Shown here one piece after another: positions 36,817-46,715 of a stretch of 64,000 bases of DNA. Positions within the stretch are counted from its first letter, which is position 1. Each line of letters begins with the position of its first letter. The notes under the pieces were generated by a model. That model saw nothing but the letters and a program-made list of their open reading frames with translations, was not told the origin of the DNA and ran no database searches. The stretch is taken from positions 1-64,000 of the IMG/VR virus record IMGVR_UViG_3300026097_000017; one strand, written 5' to 3'. Made by a program: the position numbers and the translations under genes. This DNA is from a virus.

Positions 36817-37581
36817 TCACCAAAAAAAGCTACCACCGCCTTCTAATCCCAACTCTTTAGCATAGTAAGGAAGACGACATGCCCAATATCCAGGCTTGGT
36901 ATTATCTTTCTTTTGATCGCACTTATGTCGAGCATTGAAAGATTTCCTAGCAGCAGGATCATTGAGTTTGACCTTCAATCCAGAAGTATCACCAAACTGC
37001 ACTTTAATGACATTACCCTTGTCATTTTTAACATACACATAGAACTTCTTGTCACCACCACGTTTGGGGCTGTTTAGTTCTACATCTCTTCCTTTATATT
37101 CAGCCTCAATTAACGGAATATCTAACGGAACTTCTTCACCTTCATAAATGCCGAGTTCTCCCGCATTTGATTCTAACAACATGCGATCAAAAGCATCATC
37201 GGTTTCTAACTTTCCTTCCTTCCACAATCTGCGACACTCTCTAAAAAACTCATAGTATGCCTCACTATGTGGACGGAATATATTTTCTTTAATTGACAAA
37301 TTATATTCAGTATGGTAATCGATGGCTTCAGAAATACTGTCATACCCTTCCACCATTGATGCTAGATCACGTGCATCCACACCTTGAAACTGTTTAGCAA
37401 TCTGCGCAGCATAATACTCGATACTATGTTGCAGTTTACCTTCTTTGCGCTTTTTGTTAACTACTTGTTGTAAAATATCTTTAGCAACTTTATATGTGCG
37501 AGGCTTGGTCACATAGCGTCTCATCAGCTTTGTGAACCAATCCTCCTCAAGTTGTTTATCAAATTGCTTAAAACTTAGCAT
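36817..37581 (-). CDS. virion-associated protein (DUF6321-like C-terminus)
   Basis: MLSFKQF..LEE; ARKSFNARHKC...GYWAC. Confidence 0.75.
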   Translation of the reverse strand: MLSFKQFDKQLEEDWFTKLMRRYVTKPRTYKVAKDILQQVVNKKRKEGKLQHSIEYYAAQIAKQFQGVDARDLASMVEGYDSISEAIDYHTEYNLSIKENIFRPHSEAYYEFFRECRRLWKEGKLETDDAFDRMLLESNAGELGIYEGEEVPLDIPLIEAEYKGRDVELNSPKRGGDKKFYVYVKNDKGNVIKVQFGDTSGLKVKLNDPAARKSFNARHKCDQKKDNTKPGYWACRLPYYAKELGLEGGGSFFW

Positions 37582-40500
37582 TACTTACCTGTCGCCAATT
37601 TAAGTGCATTCATAAAGTCTTTCTTGCTTCTACCCATCATCTGCTGAAGAGCTTGCTTCTGAATTGGCTTAGCAAGTGCTTGGTGAAGATTCATCAGTAA
37701 TTTTGCATCTTTCGGGTCAATCTTCATGGTAGAACCATCAGCAAATTGTACTGGCTTCATACCTCTTAGATCAACAACTTTACGCAGCTGCATTACGATA
37801 TTTTCTTCTTCCTCTTCCTTTGGCTTACGACCTTCTTCAATATCTGACTTGACCATGTCTTTGACAGTATTCAAGTGTCCTTGATGATAGTCGTGCCCCA
37901 TTAAGCCTGCTTCTTTGATCTTGGCTTTGGCAATTTCAATACGACGAGTAATTTCATCAACATCACCTTGAGTAGCAAACCCACGATCTATCGCTTTACC
38001 TTCAATCTCAAGATACTGGTCAACAGCTTTCATTGCAGTTCTAACTTTAGGAACGTCGCCAACCTTTTCTAAGTCTTTCTTAAACTGCTCAACAGCAGCA
38101 GGACATAAATCCATGTATTCATATGTTTGCCCAGCTATTTCTACTTCTTCATTCATATTTTTCATGATATCATGTTGAGTTGCTGGCTTGATACCATAAT
38201 CATTAAATGCTTTCTTGATGTCAGCATCAGAAAACTTTTTGTCGTTACCACTCTTGAAGTTGAACTTTTTAGCTAGATCAGAAATGAACTTTGGATTGCC
38301 ACGCATCCAGTTAGCTTTGGTCAATGCCTTGTTGACATCATTCCAAGAATACTTTTCATCAAGTTCAAAGATTTCTTCTTCTGTCACTTCATCAAAAGAT
38401 GCTACTCGCTTCTCTTCCATCAAACCATTTTTCTTAAGAATACGGAATACAACTTCACGAACATCAGTATCCATATCCATTACGATTTTATTGAGTTGAT
38501 TCAGTAAGTCGCCTGAGTTGATCAGAGAAACCTTACCGAGCCGATCTAGGATAATAGCCAGCTTCTTCAGATTCGCACCCTCAATCGGATCCTTCACTGA
38601 ACGGAGTTCTTTAGATGCTCTTGAATATGCCTTAGAATCTTTTGATTCTTTCATCTTTATGCCACGCTTCGCAAGTTGTCTTGCTCTAGACATCCCTGAA
38701 GTCTTCGTTCCATCACTATTTCTTGGCGTCTTTTTAGGTTTGGGATCAGGATCGAAAGGTGGTTTTCCTTTAGCAGATTCCATCAAACCAGCCTTCTTTA
38801 ATGCTTTATCAAGTTCATCTTTAATATCTTTATTTTTAGCGAGGAGACCATAATCTTTATTCACACTAGCAATAAATCCACTAGCTTGTAAAATGTTAGG
38901 ACTCTTCGCAAGAGCTTCCATGTTTCTAATCATGTCATTAAAGGTCGCTTTCATATCTTTGGAAATCTGTAGACGGGAAACTTGCTTGACTCCTTCAGCA
39001 CCTTTCTTCCAGTTGGCAGAAATTTTTGCTGCCTCATCCAGTTCAACTTCTTCACGAATATCTGATACCATATGCAACTTATTATACATATCAACTTCCA
39101 CATTAGTGCCGTCTTTCGCTGTACCGAACAGAACAGCGTTGGCAACTTTATCGACAGTATATTGCTTGCCTTGATACTTGAACGTGTTACCTTTCCTGAA
39201 TGGCTCTCTGATCTTTATTTCTTCTAGATCAGCTTCTTCATTCTTTGGCTTTTCACCTTTCTCTTTCTTGGCAATGGCAATCGCTGCCTGTTGAGCAGGA
39301 CTTACTGCTTCTTTCTTGTCAGGAAGCCCCTTATGCTTCGTGCTAGCAAAATCTTCTAAATCCTTTTCTGACATAGAACCTGCCAGTTCTTTAACTTCAT
39401 CTGATACTTCATCATCACTCAGCTCACCACGCTTATATTGAAGCGCAAGTGCCATCAACTTTTGTTGAGCTACTGAAGTTGCCTTCTCTTCTAGTTCTAT
39501 GAACTCTTCAAAAATTCTGTCTAAAGATTCCACTGTAAATTCCTCTTTCTTAGCTTTTTTGGCCTTCGCCCATAAGTCTGCGTCAGCAGTTGTTCTAGTC
39601 TTTCCACCGACAATGAATGAATTGACGCGAGCAAATGCCCACTGATGTTGTGTTGCTCCAGGACGATGTCCTGTCTTCCAAGCTGCCATCCCTCTATCGT
39701 ACACTTTTTTCAGAATACCATAAGGAATGCCTGATTTTTTGGATTTTTTCTTCAGCCCTTCGATTTGTTTCTCAGTTACCAACTCAATCTCTTCGTTGAA
39801 TGCTTTCTCTTGCCACTCATAAGATCTATCATCTTTGGTGATTGGACCACCAGATGCCCAAGTGTCGCACGAACGCTTAGAATGACACTTGAAGTGATGC
39901 ATCCAGCAATAGCCCAACTCACCTGCACCCTCTGATACTTCTCCTGGCATACAATCTTTCATTCTTGGTGAAATATCAAATGCTACGCAACTTCCACAAT
40001 TAGATTTTTTAGCAGCATCAACAGTGGTGTTCCACTTATCTGCCAGTTTATTCCAGTAATCTCCTGGCTCGCTCACATTGAGAGGTCCATACATATGATT
40101 TCTGCGAGTTAAATTACGGTTTTTAGTATTAACATCTACATTTTGAGTTGCTGTAGGGCATGCAACTTCTTGCTCAACCATAGGTATTAATTGTATTTTT
40201 TCTTTGACGCAATTGGGCACAGGTTTTCCTCCCTTACCTTTCTTCATACCAACCTGCTTGTATCCATCCCAGCAAGGATCTTCATCTTCGCCATACATTT
40301 GCTTGTACTTCTTTGTATACTTACTTGGTTTAGTTTCTGCGTCAGCATCTCCAGGAGCAGGCTTATATGACTTAGGATCGTCATCAGGCAACTTGGCTCC
40401 ACGCTTGAACTGTTGCGCTCTACTTTTGGCAGTCTTTTTCTTCATACCTTTATAGTATTGAGCAGGCTGATCGCCTTTTACATCAGGCATTACATCTTCA

Positions 40501-41039
40501 GTCAGACGCATACCTTTACGGACTTTCATAAAAACCTCTTCTGCTCTTTTCTGGAGTGCTTTAGGTAATCCTAGTGTGAAACTTTTTAAATCACCATTCG
40601 CAGCAAGTTCTCTCATCTTTGAAGCTGACATACCTGACACGTCTTCAGCATCAGGATCTCTTGCTCCTGCCGAAACAACTTCAATACTGTCAAAAGTATA
40701 CTCTTTTTGATTGTAGTTGTTAAGCAGTTTATCAAATTTTTGCACACGATCTGAACCAACAACCATAATTACGTTGTCATATTCTTTATCGAGTTCTTTT
40801 AAAACTTCAATGACAGTGCGTGCTTTAGACACCTTGACAATTGGACCGAACGCAACTTTAGCGTAACGAACTTTGTCAAGATATGGGAGAGGATTCTTTT
40901 TAGGATCCTGCGACTGCGACAAATAAATTGCTACATCAGCACGTTTACGCAACGCAGTTTTTTTGAGTTTACTGACCAATAATTCATGACCAGTGGTTGG
41001 TGGATTGAGCCTACCAAATGTAAATACAATAGTTTTCAT
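37581..41039 (-). CDS. cytidylyltransferase-like domain-led multidomain head polyprotein
   Basis: FGRLNPPTTGH, VGSDR, MSASKMR; later DUF5824-like, DUF3008-like and Cys-rich modules. Confidence 0.85.
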   Translation of the reverse strand: MKTIVFTFGRLNPPTTGHELLVSKLKKTALRKRADVAIYLSQSQDPKKNPLPYLDKVRYAKVAFGPIVKVSKARTVIEVLKELDKEYDNVIMVVGSDRVQKFDKLLNNYNQKEYTFDSIEVVSAGARDPDAEDVSGMSASKMRELAANGDLKSFTLGLPKALQKRAEEVFMKVRKGMRLTEDVMPDVKGDQPAQYYKGMKKKTAKSRAQQFKRGAKLPDDDPKSYKPAPGDADAETKPSKYTKKYKQMYGEDEDPCWDGYKQVGMKKGKGGKPVPNCVKEKIQLIPMVEQEVACPTATQNVDVNTKNRNLTRRNHMYGPLNVSEPGDYWNKLADKWNTTVDAAKKSNCGSCVAFDISPRMKDCMPGEVSEGAGELGYCWMHHFKCHSKRSCDTWASGGPITKDDRSYEWQEKAFNEEIELVTEKQIEGLKKKSKKSGIPYGILKKVYDRGMAAWKTGHRPGATQHQWAFARVNSFIVGGKTRTTADADLWAKAKKAKKEEFTVESLDRIFEEFIELEEKATSVAQQKLMALALQYKRGELSDDEVSDEVKELAGSMSEKDLEDFASTKHKGLPDKKEAVSPAQQAAIAIAKKEKGEKPKNEEADLEEIKIREPFRKGNTFKYQGKQYTVDKVANAVLFGTAKDGTNVEVDMYNKLHMVSDIREEVELDEAAKISANWKKGAEGVKQVSRLQISKDMKATFNDMIRNMEALAKSPNILQASGFIASVNKDYGLLAKNKDIKDELDKALKKAGLMESAKGKPPFDPDPKPKKTPRNSDGTKTSGMSRARQLAKRGIKMKESKDSKAYSRASKELRSVKDPIEGANLKKLAIILDRLGKVSLINSGDLLNQLNKIVMDMDTDVREVVFRILKKNGLMEEKRVASFDEVTEEEIFELDEKYSWNDVNKALTKANWMRGNPKFISDLAKKFNFKSGNDKKFSDADIKKAFNDYGIKPATQHDIMKNMNEEVEIAGQTYEYMDLCPAAVEQFKKDLEKVGDVPKVRTAMKAVDQYLEIEGKAIDRGFATQGDVDEITRRIEIAKAKIKEAGLMGHDYHQGHLNTVKDMVKSDIEEGRKPKEEEEENIVMQLRKVVDLRGMKPVQFADGSTMKIDPKDAKLLMNLHQALAKPIQKQALQQMMGRSKKDFMNALKLATGK

Positions 41040-41081
41040 CCAGGTTTCCCGAAGTGCTAACTGGTTAATTAATTATGAATA

Positions 41082-41088
41082 TATTTAG
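41082..41088 (-). promoter_or_regulatory. late promoter CTAAATA
   Basis: Intergenic, upstream of the polyprotein. Confidence 0.65.
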
Positions 41089-41091
41089 TAA

Positions 41092-41817
41092 TTAGGATCT
41101 TTGACCTGTTCCTTCGTCATCTATCAATATACCTTCCCCAAATACACCATATTCCTGCGTGCCTGCGCTGGCTTTGCCCTGAAACTGAATATCTGTTTTT
41201 TCGCTATATGCAAAGGGATAATATCTTTGAATATTCATCTGTTCTAGGAATGAAGTTTCTGCAACATTAAACTCTACTCCCGCTGGCGTGACAGCTCTAT
41301 TTCTGAAAAATAATATACGATTGTTTAATGCTGCAGTAGCACTAAATGCGTCAATACGATTTAAATGGAAACTATGTCCAGCAGGAACTGTGAAAATTGA
41401 GGCTTGATTTCTACCAACTCTTGGATTTATTTGGCCATAGACTGTACTACCACCAGTTAATGTGATAGTGCCATTGGCTGTATTACCAGCAATAGTAATT
41501 AAATCATTGATTCTAAAAAACTCATTGGATAGAACGGTATTCGCTGTACCATCTACAGTGACATTTTCTGAAATGATTTCATAGTTAGAATCTAAACCAA
41601 CCACTCTAACTGTACAGCTATCAGTCCCATCATCACTAGTCATTCCCATAGCTGTATTCGCAGTGGGATAAGTGTATACAGTGTTATTTTCCCAAAGAGG
41701 AATATAGCTGGCACCTAGTGATGAATTGAAACCAAAAATGTTTCTGACACTAGCATTACGAACAAGTCCTCTAGCAACTGAAAGTCTTTCTTCATCTAAA
41801 TATCTTAAATACGGCAT
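41092..41817 (-). CDS. putative virion structural protein
   Basis: NIFGFN...PLWE...VVGLDSNY...FFRIN; beta-rich. Confidence 0.7.
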   Translation of the reverse strand: MPYLRYLDEERLSVARGLVRNASVRNIFGFNSSLGASYIPLWENNTVYTYPTANTAMGMTSDDGTDSCTVRVVGLDSNYEIISENVTVDGTANTVLSNEFFRINDLITIAGNTANGTITLTGGSTVYGQINPRVGRNQASIFTVPAGHSFHLNRIDAFSATAALNNRILFFRNRAVTPAGVEFNVAETSFLEQMNIQRYYPFAYSEKTDIQFQGKASAGTQEYGVFGEGILIDDEGTGQRS

Positions 41818-43046
41818 TATCGTTGCCAACCTTTCTTAATATTCGGAGAGAAGTTATTGTAAGAAAACTCCATCCGATCAACGAGTTTCACTGCATCACC
41901 CTTTAGTTTGTCAATGGCGACGAAGCCTTCCTGTCCTGTCACTTTGTACCCATCATCAGTCAATACGAAAGTGCTCAGGCTCTTTACCTTATTTAGTTTT
42001 CCAATTAAAACCTGTTTAGCATCGACAAGGAGGTTCTGAAGTTCGAAGATCTTTTCAAGATTTTTCTTGTTGGTGTTCGAGAAAAAGCGCATGACCTGAG
42101 CTTTCTTGGCTCTGGGACCTGCCTTTCCTCTTTCGGTTTTTCGTTTTGATTCTTCTGCACCGTAGTACTCCAATATGTAATCGATTAATTCGTTGACATG
42201 ACGTTTCACATTCTTAACACGCTCGCCACTTCTCACCTTAGTATTATTGAACGTCTTTACTCGGAGTAATAACTCATCATCTGCAGATATGCCGTTGAGC
42301 GTCTTAGGATCTAGAGATTGAAATATTTTTCCAGCCTGTGACAATATCTTATTGACTTCAGTTGTTTCTGCCTTAGTCATTGTCGCTGCACCTGAGACAT
42401 CTTTGTACTCAGCATCAGTAGAAAATACAGCAGAACTATCTCTCAGAGTATCAGCAATATTCTTACCGAATGATGCTCTCATATTCTCAAATGACTCACC
42501 GTCATAGTTCGTGTGCCAAACAACTCCAATTTTAGATGACAGTATCTGCCGAGCAAGTTTAGACTTCGCAGGAACTGCGTAGACAATCGTGTTTGGATGG
42601 AACGTAATATATTCCTCACCATCAATCGTTGTTTTATCTACTGTATCATTAGAGAACAAAAAATCACCCTGAATCACGTTGGTAATTCCAAGATCAGGGA
42701 AATGCTTCAATGCCAAAATTAATTTATTTTGGAGATCTCCTGAAGTATCTGCTTTAACTTCTGCTTCTGTCTTGTAGATCTTAGGCTCTTTATTGAAAAT
42801 TCCTTTCTTGGCAACAAAAAACTTGCCGTCACGAGGATCGATACCAGCAAAAACGGCAGGAGCACCGTCCCACTTGACGGAAATATTAACTTTTGAATCA
42901 CTAGTACCAGCAAGCATGTCACGTACAGCTCTAAGAAAATTAATAGCTTCCCTAGCCCCTGCAACTCCTCCATTTAGGACGAGATCTTCCACATGTTCCA
43001 TATGAAGATTTTTAGATTCTTCGAGATATGATTCAAAATTCTTCAA
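41817..43046 (-). CDS. DUF6267-like conserved T4-like protein
   Basis: KNLHMEHVED...KWDGAPA...QGD...EGFVA...VKLVDR.EFS.NNF; CTS-like MKNFESYLEE. Confidence 0.8.
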   Translation of the reverse strand: MKNFESYLEESKNLHMEHVEDLVLNGGVAGAREAINFLRAVRDMLAGTSDSKVNISVKWDGAPAVFAGIDPRDGKFFVAKKGIFNKEPKIYKTEAEVKADTSGDLQNKLILALKHFPDLGITNVIQGDFLFSNDTVDKTTIDGEEYITFHPNTIVYAVPAKSKLARQILSSKIGVVWHTNYDGESFENMRASFGKNIADTLRDSSAVFSTDAEYKDVSGAATMTKAETTEVNKILSQAGKIFQSLDPKTLNGISADDELLLRVKTFNNTKVRSGERVKNVKRHVNELIDYILEYYGAEESKRKTERGKAGPRAKKAQVMRFFSNTNKKNLEKIFELQNLLVDAKQVLIGKLNKVKSLSTFVLTDDGYKVTGQEGFVAIDKLKGDAVKLVDRMEFSYNNFSPNIKKGWQR

Positions 43047-44254
43047 GGTTGTAATCCTACTTTATCCGATGCCCGATTGGTTGAGTTTTTACTACGGAAT
43101 ACTACTTTCTTCACGCTGTCCTGTAACTCTGACATAATAACTGAAAAGTCACCAATCGGATTTGAATTGCCAATACTGTATTTAACGTATATCACCAGTC
43201 CTGAAGTTGCATCCTTAAAAATATTTGTAGGATTCGCATCTTTGTTTGCTTTAGCAATAATATACTTTTCAGTGTAATAAAAGATTTCGCCGATCTTTGG
43301 CTGTCCCTTTAAGTTTGGGATGTTGATTAAGTCAATTAGATCAGCGAACAATTCGTAATCATAGTTTGTTTTTTGAAAATCAGAAAACTTTATTTTACTT
43401 GCTGCCTGCAATGCTTTATTTGATAAAACATTCTTTCCTTCTATAGCATTGATTGCCTGAAAAGGAAACTGTACTGTAGAGTATTGAGTGATCATCTCAA
43501 GAATCTTTTTGACTGTAGAAGTATTGTATTTTCTCAAAAGATTTTTCTGCTCAAGTAATGTGATCACGTCAGCAGGTTTTAGTGTATTCGTAGTTGAACC
43601 ACTCTTAGCTGAAATACTGTAACGAACCTTAGAACTGTCTTGGATATAGTAGTCAACGATCGGCTCATTACCTCTGAGCGGAAAGACCAGTGTTGGGTTG
43701 GTAGATAACTTAATTTGAGGAGAAAGTATTTTGTGCTTCACACAAGCGATTGCTCCTAGCATCTCACCATAGTCTTTCTGTATTTCATTGACACCACGGA
43801 AGTCGCCGAATGTTTTACGAACATCTGCCGCAGTTGTATTGTCAATCTTAGCCCAATATTTGGTCAATGCGATTAAGTATGTTTTCAGATCGGCTTCTAA
43901 GTCTTGCCGTTCTTCAATCTCATCAATTAACCCTTTAGCAAGTTCATCTGCTTTAAGTGATTCTTTTTTGAGAAGTTTAAAATCTTGTGGTTTTAATTTG
44001 ATACCAGAAACCAGTTTACTCTTTGGCTTCTGGACATTATTGAATGTGACGTAGTATTTTTTGTCGCGATACTGAATCGGGCATTTTTCATTGTAGGTAT
44101 CGGTTGCCAGGAAAACGATTGGGGAACCAGCTTCAATATTACCAACGTTGCGCAATTGCTCATCAAGCAAAGGCGACTTCTTCTTCATTACGGTTTCAAT
44201 GTCACCTTTGCCTTTGAAGTGTTTTTCCCAAGCGTCTTTACCTGTCGATGCCAT
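43043..44254 (-). CDS. putative PD-(D/E)XK restriction-like endonuclease
   Basis: DYGEMLG...NEPIVDY...ISAKS. Confidence 0.5.
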   Translation of the reverse strand: MASTGKDAWEKHFKGKGDIETVMKKKSPLLDEQLRNVGNIEAGSPIVFLATDTYNEKCPIQYRDKKYYVTFNNVQKPKSKLVSGIKLKPQDFKLLKKESLKADELAKGLIDEIEERQDLEADLKTYLIALTKYWAKIDNTTAADVRKTFGDFRGVNEIQKDYGEMLGAIACVKHKILSPQIKLSTNPTLVFPLRGNEPIVDYYIQDSSKVRYSISAKSGSTTNTLKPADVITLLEQKNLLRKYNTSTVKKILEMITQYSTVQFPFQAINAIEGKNVLSNKALQAASKIKFSDFQKTNYDYELFADLIDLINIPNLKGQPKIGEIFYYTEKYIIAKANKDANPTNIFKDATSGLVIYVKYSIGNSNPIGDFSVIMSELQDSVKKVVFRSKNSTNRASDKVGLQP

Positions 44255-44451
44255 TATTCGTTATCTGTTTGACCTTCTTCGTCTGCTTCAATGTTTTTAT
44301 CAGCATCAAATAATGATGACGCAATCTCAGCTCGTTTGGTATCCATTGCCAAACTAATACGCTGTAAGACTTCGTCCTCAAATGCTGATTTGAACGCAGA
44401 TGCTTGTTTGTTTTGGGCTGCATCAACCATTTTATTTAAATTCTCTGACAT
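44254..44451 (-). CDS. gp67-like prohead core small protein
   Basis: FKSAF.....RI..A.D.KR.EIASSLF plus acidic tail. Confidence 0.6.
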   Translation of the reverse strand: MSENLNKMVDAAQNKQASAFKSAFEDEVLQRISLAMDTKRAEIASSLFDADKNIEADEEGQTDNE

Positions 44452-44476
44452 AGTATATCCTCCTCATAGATAGAAA

Positions 44477-44483
44477 TATTTAG
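44477..44483 (-). promoter_or_regulatory. late promoter CTAAATA heading the head-protein operon
   Basis: About 26 nt upstream of ATG with GAGGAGG RBS. Confidence 0.65.
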
Positions 44484-44869
44484 GCACACACCGTAGCGAG
44501 TTCTTTCTCTTTAGAGTATGCCTCTTTCTCCCAAGGAAGTTCGTAGTATGGTACATTGTATTCCTTACCGTACCAGAGACGACCGTCCTCACTCAACTCT
44601 TGTTTAATGTACTGTTTAGCGTGGACTAGTTCGTGAGCCAAATGACAACGTAATTCCGCATCAGTGAAATCTTCTTTAGCGATTTCAATAATGATGTCGT
44701 CGTAATCAGTATCTGTACCACAGAAACCACCCATCTCACCGTCGACTGATTTGCTACCAATAATAGTAACTTCGCCTTCAGTTACGTCTAACGCAGAAAG
44801 AACTCGGTAAGCAAAGTCACCGAGTTCTGCGTTTTTCTTTCTACCGAAACCTTTTACTTCAACAAACAT
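44480..44869 (-). CDS. HEXXH metallopeptidase-like protein
   Basis: LAHELVHAKQY...PWEKEAY. Confidence 0.75.
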   Translation of the reverse strand: MFVEVKGFGRKKNAELGDFAYRVLSALDVTEGEVTIIGSKSVDGEMGGFCGTDTDYDDIIIEIAKEDFTDAELRCHLAHELVHAKQYIKQELSEDGRLWYGKEYNVPYYELPWEKEAYSKEKELATVCA

Positions 44870-44895
44870 TAACTTCTCTCTCAACCTATACATAT

Positions 44896-44924
44896 ATTGT
44901 AGTTTATTTCTGAGAAAAAGTCAA
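44896..44924 (-). promoter_or_regulatory. sigma70 promoter TTGACT-N17-TACAAT
   Basis: Consensus boxes. Confidence 0.75.
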
Positions 44925-44927
44925 GCA

Positions 44928-45308
44928 TTATTTTTCACTTGGTTTCAACTTTGTTGTTGTTGCACCATAAGTGTCACTGAGATTGATCGTCAAAGCATCA
45001 GTATCTGAATCACCAATACCACTGATAGTGTATTCAAATGGATCGATGTCTGCATGATAACTTCCACCAGCACCATCAAAAACGAAATCTACTTCGCTAG
45101 AATCATATGAATTGATTTCATTCAAGGTGATCGGATCATCATACTGATCATCTCTAACTAAATCAAAATATTCTTCTTGATCAATAACGAACCCTGATGC
45201 CAACATGAATGTGCGGAACTCACTCACAATGTCCACCATGCTCTCAGCTTCAAATGTGATACTTGTACTTCTATCTTCATTGTACACAGAAAATGTATAA
45301 CTAGCCAT
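44928..45308 (-). CDS. hypothetical acidic protein
   Basis: FEAE....IV.EF..F.LASGF. Confidence 0.7.
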   Translation of the reverse strand: MASYTFSVYNEDRSTSITFEAESMVDIVSEFRTFMLASGFVIDQEEYFDLVRDDQYDDPITLNEINSYDSSEVDFVFDGAGGSYHADIDPFEYTISGIGDSDTDALTINLSDTYGATTTKLKPSEK

Positions 45309-45317
45309 ATTAAATCC

Positions 45318-46715
45318 TTATGTAATCCATCCAGAAAAATCTTTAACCGTATTCTTTACACTCTTCCCAAAGTCAGAGTTATCAAATACAGGCACATCTT
45401 GACCGCTGTCAATGATATCATCTTGAGCGGTTTGCTCTACATCATACAAGCGCATCTTAGAACGATCAATGCCAACTACGAAACGTTTGTTCATCGTTGG
45501 ATCATTATAACGATTCTTCAACTGCTTGATCATGATTTGGTTTAAACTCTCCATCTCTTCAGTGGAGATCATTGCAAACATAAAGTCAGCTGTCGCTGGC
45601 AGACCGAATGATTCAGATGTATCTTCAAGTCCGATATCGCTCGACACATATCCTGAGCGAGTCGTCTGAGTAGCTGATACAACGGGAAGATTAAACTCTA
45701 CCGCTAGTCCACGCAGTTCCTCAGCGATTGACTTGATGAGTGTGTAGGAGTTTACTGATCCACCCATCCGAATCCTTGAGGAAGAACAAATATTCAGATA
45801 ATCAATATAAATGATATCAGGAACAAAGTTCCGCTTCAAGTTCAGCTCATTCAATAAATGACGGAAGTGATTCACTGATGCTGACGCAGTAGGATATTCC
45901 TTCACGATCAGCTTTCCGCTTGTTTGCTTGTTAATTTTATCAATCTTGCTTTGATAAAGTTGCTCAGGCAAGTTGTACAAATCATTCAAAGAAACGTTCA
46001 TCAAGTTTGCGTCAATACGTTCAGCAATCTTTTCTTCAGCCATCTCCATCGTAATGTACAAAACATTGCGTCCCAACATTAAATTATTAGCAGCACAATG
46101 ACACATGAACAACGATTTACCGACACCTGTACCTGCCAGCGCAATATTCAATGATTTGCGGGACAACCCACCTTTAGTGATAGTATTCAGAAGTTCTATA
46201 TCAAACGGAATCTTATCTTCCTTCGTATGATAGAAAGCATATCGTTCAGCAGAATCTTCAATGAAATCGTGACCAACGTTTGTATCAAAGGCAACTGCCA
46301 AAGCATCCTGCAGAAGTTTAGGAATATGCCCCTTGTCATGGTTTTTGTCACGCCCATCAAGAATTTGAATTGAATCCATCACAGCATTGTAGACTGCTTT
46401 TTCTTGACAGTATTTTTCAGTTGAATCAATCAACCACTGATGATTAGGTTCATCCTCTACTGAACTAACTTCACCAAGCAGATCATTAATTTGTTTAAAC
46501 TCTTCTTCACGGAGATTGCTTAGATTATCAATCTCGATCTGTAGAGCTTCTTTAGTTGGAAGATTGTTATATTTTTCTACAAACGACTGTATTTCTTCAA
46601 ACAGTATTTTCTCAGCCCGACTATTAAAATAATCAGGCTGAATGAATGGTAGAACTTTTCTAGTGTATTCCTCATCAAACAGTAGATGACGAAGAATTAC
46701 TGTTTCAATCCTCAA
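45318..46715 (-). CDS. gp41: replicative DNA helicase (T4 gp41)
   Basis: AGTGVGKS, KEYPT, IDYLNI, SATQTTR, SESFGLPATAD, QLKNRY; TTG start inferred. Confidence 0.95.
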   Translation of the reverse strand: MRIETVILRHLLFDEEYTRKVLPFIQPDYFNSRAEKILFEEIQSFVEKYNNLPTKEALQIEIDNLSNLREEEFKQINDLLGEVSSVEDEPNHQWLIDSTEKYCQEKAVYNAVMDSIQILDGRDKNHDKGHIPKLLQDALAVAFDTNVGHDFIEDSAERYAFYHTKEDKIPFDIELLNTITKGGLSRKSLNIALAGTGVGKSLFMCHCAANNLMLGRNVLYITMEMAEEKIAERIDANLMNVSLNDLYNLPEQLYQSKIDKINKQTSGKLIVKEYPTASASVNHFRHLLNELNLKRNFVPDIIYIDYLNICSSSRIRMGGSVNSYTLIKSIAEELRGLAVEFNLPVVSATQTTRSGYVSSDIGLEDTSESFGLPATADFMFAMISTEEMESLNQIMIKQLKNRYNDPTMNKRFVVGIDRSKMRLYDVEQTAQDDIIDSGQDVPVFDNSDFGKSVKNTVKDFSGWIT

